This document shows positions 63,997-64,000 of a stretch of 64,000 bases of DNA, piece after piece. Every line of letters starts with the position of its first letter. Within the stretch, counting starts at the first letter, position 1. A model generated the notes under the pieces. The model made no database searches and was not told the DNA's origin. It saw nothing but the letters and a program-made list of their open reading frames with translations. Location of the stretch: the NCBI GenBank assembly GCA_963843385.1, contig CAWJJY010000007.1:363651-427650 (forward strand), written 5' to 3'. Position numbers and translations under genes: made by a program. This DNA is from an uncultured Acidobacteriota bacterium. Its GTDB lineage: Bacteria; Acidobacteriota; Vicinamibacteria; Vicinamibacterales; JAKQTR01.

Positions 63997-64000
63997 CTGT

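Noticed and set aside
1-64000. Mobile elements, prophage, defence islands, toxin-antitoxin nucleases, tRNA/rRNA genes
   Set aside because: No integrase, transposase or recombinase motifs, no terminal inverted repeats flanking a gene block, no cloverleaf-like tRNA sequences, and no nuclease, helicase or ATPase defence-type proteins were seen in any frame. The window looks like core chromosome.

Overview
Visibly GC-rich, gene-dense bacterial chromosomal window with about 58 supportable CDS. By eye I found no rRNA, tRNA, CRISPR array, transposase, integrase or recognisable defence genes. The protein families suggest an Acidobacteriota-like organism (inference only): a VWA protein with an acidobacterial-type N-terminus, a CarboxypepD_reg-type TonB receptor, many secreted or outer-membrane proteins, and sigma-54 and ECF regulation. 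Main blocks: (1) gamma-glutamylcyclotransferase-like protein, VWA protein, PilZ plus pseudo-receiver, and a TonB-dependent receptor. (2) leuB-like gene, SGNH-like lipoprotein, folE, YpdA-type reductase. (3) Lon-N domain protein, GDPD, threonine dehydratase, family-5 UDG. (4) lipA-pdhA-pdhB-E2 operon. (5) A minus-strand envelope module: porin-like OMP, type-1 cupredoxin, periplasmic-sensor histidine kinase and sigma-54 activator, then a sigma-54-type promoter driving a CuA-motif cupredoxin and a beta-barrel. (6) IclR regulator with an orphan ferredoxin-NuoB-NuoI set. (7) TPR/aspartyl protease, thioesterase, a large HExxH + beta-propeller + barrel OMP, and a divergent ECF sigma/anti-sigma/TlpA set. 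(8) SPFH-RHH pair. (9) iorA-iorB-ADP-forming acyl-CoA synthetase operon. (10) SCO protein, RRM protein, hydrolases, two large polytopic membrane proteins. (11) A complete group-3b-type [NiFe]-hydrogenase operon with an embedded cNMP-binding protein and its maturation protease. The most unusual sequence-level signal is a dispersed family of strictly intergenic heptanucleotide tandem arrays (unit about GGCTNGN) at eight or more loci. These arrays also generate long spurious ORFs. The best candidate for an uncharacterised system is the sigma-54/two-cupredoxin/two-barrel envelope module. Three sigma-54-type -24/-12 elements were found, all in correctly oriented intergenic positions. All calls rest on reading translations and motifs from memory. 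No searches or computations were run.
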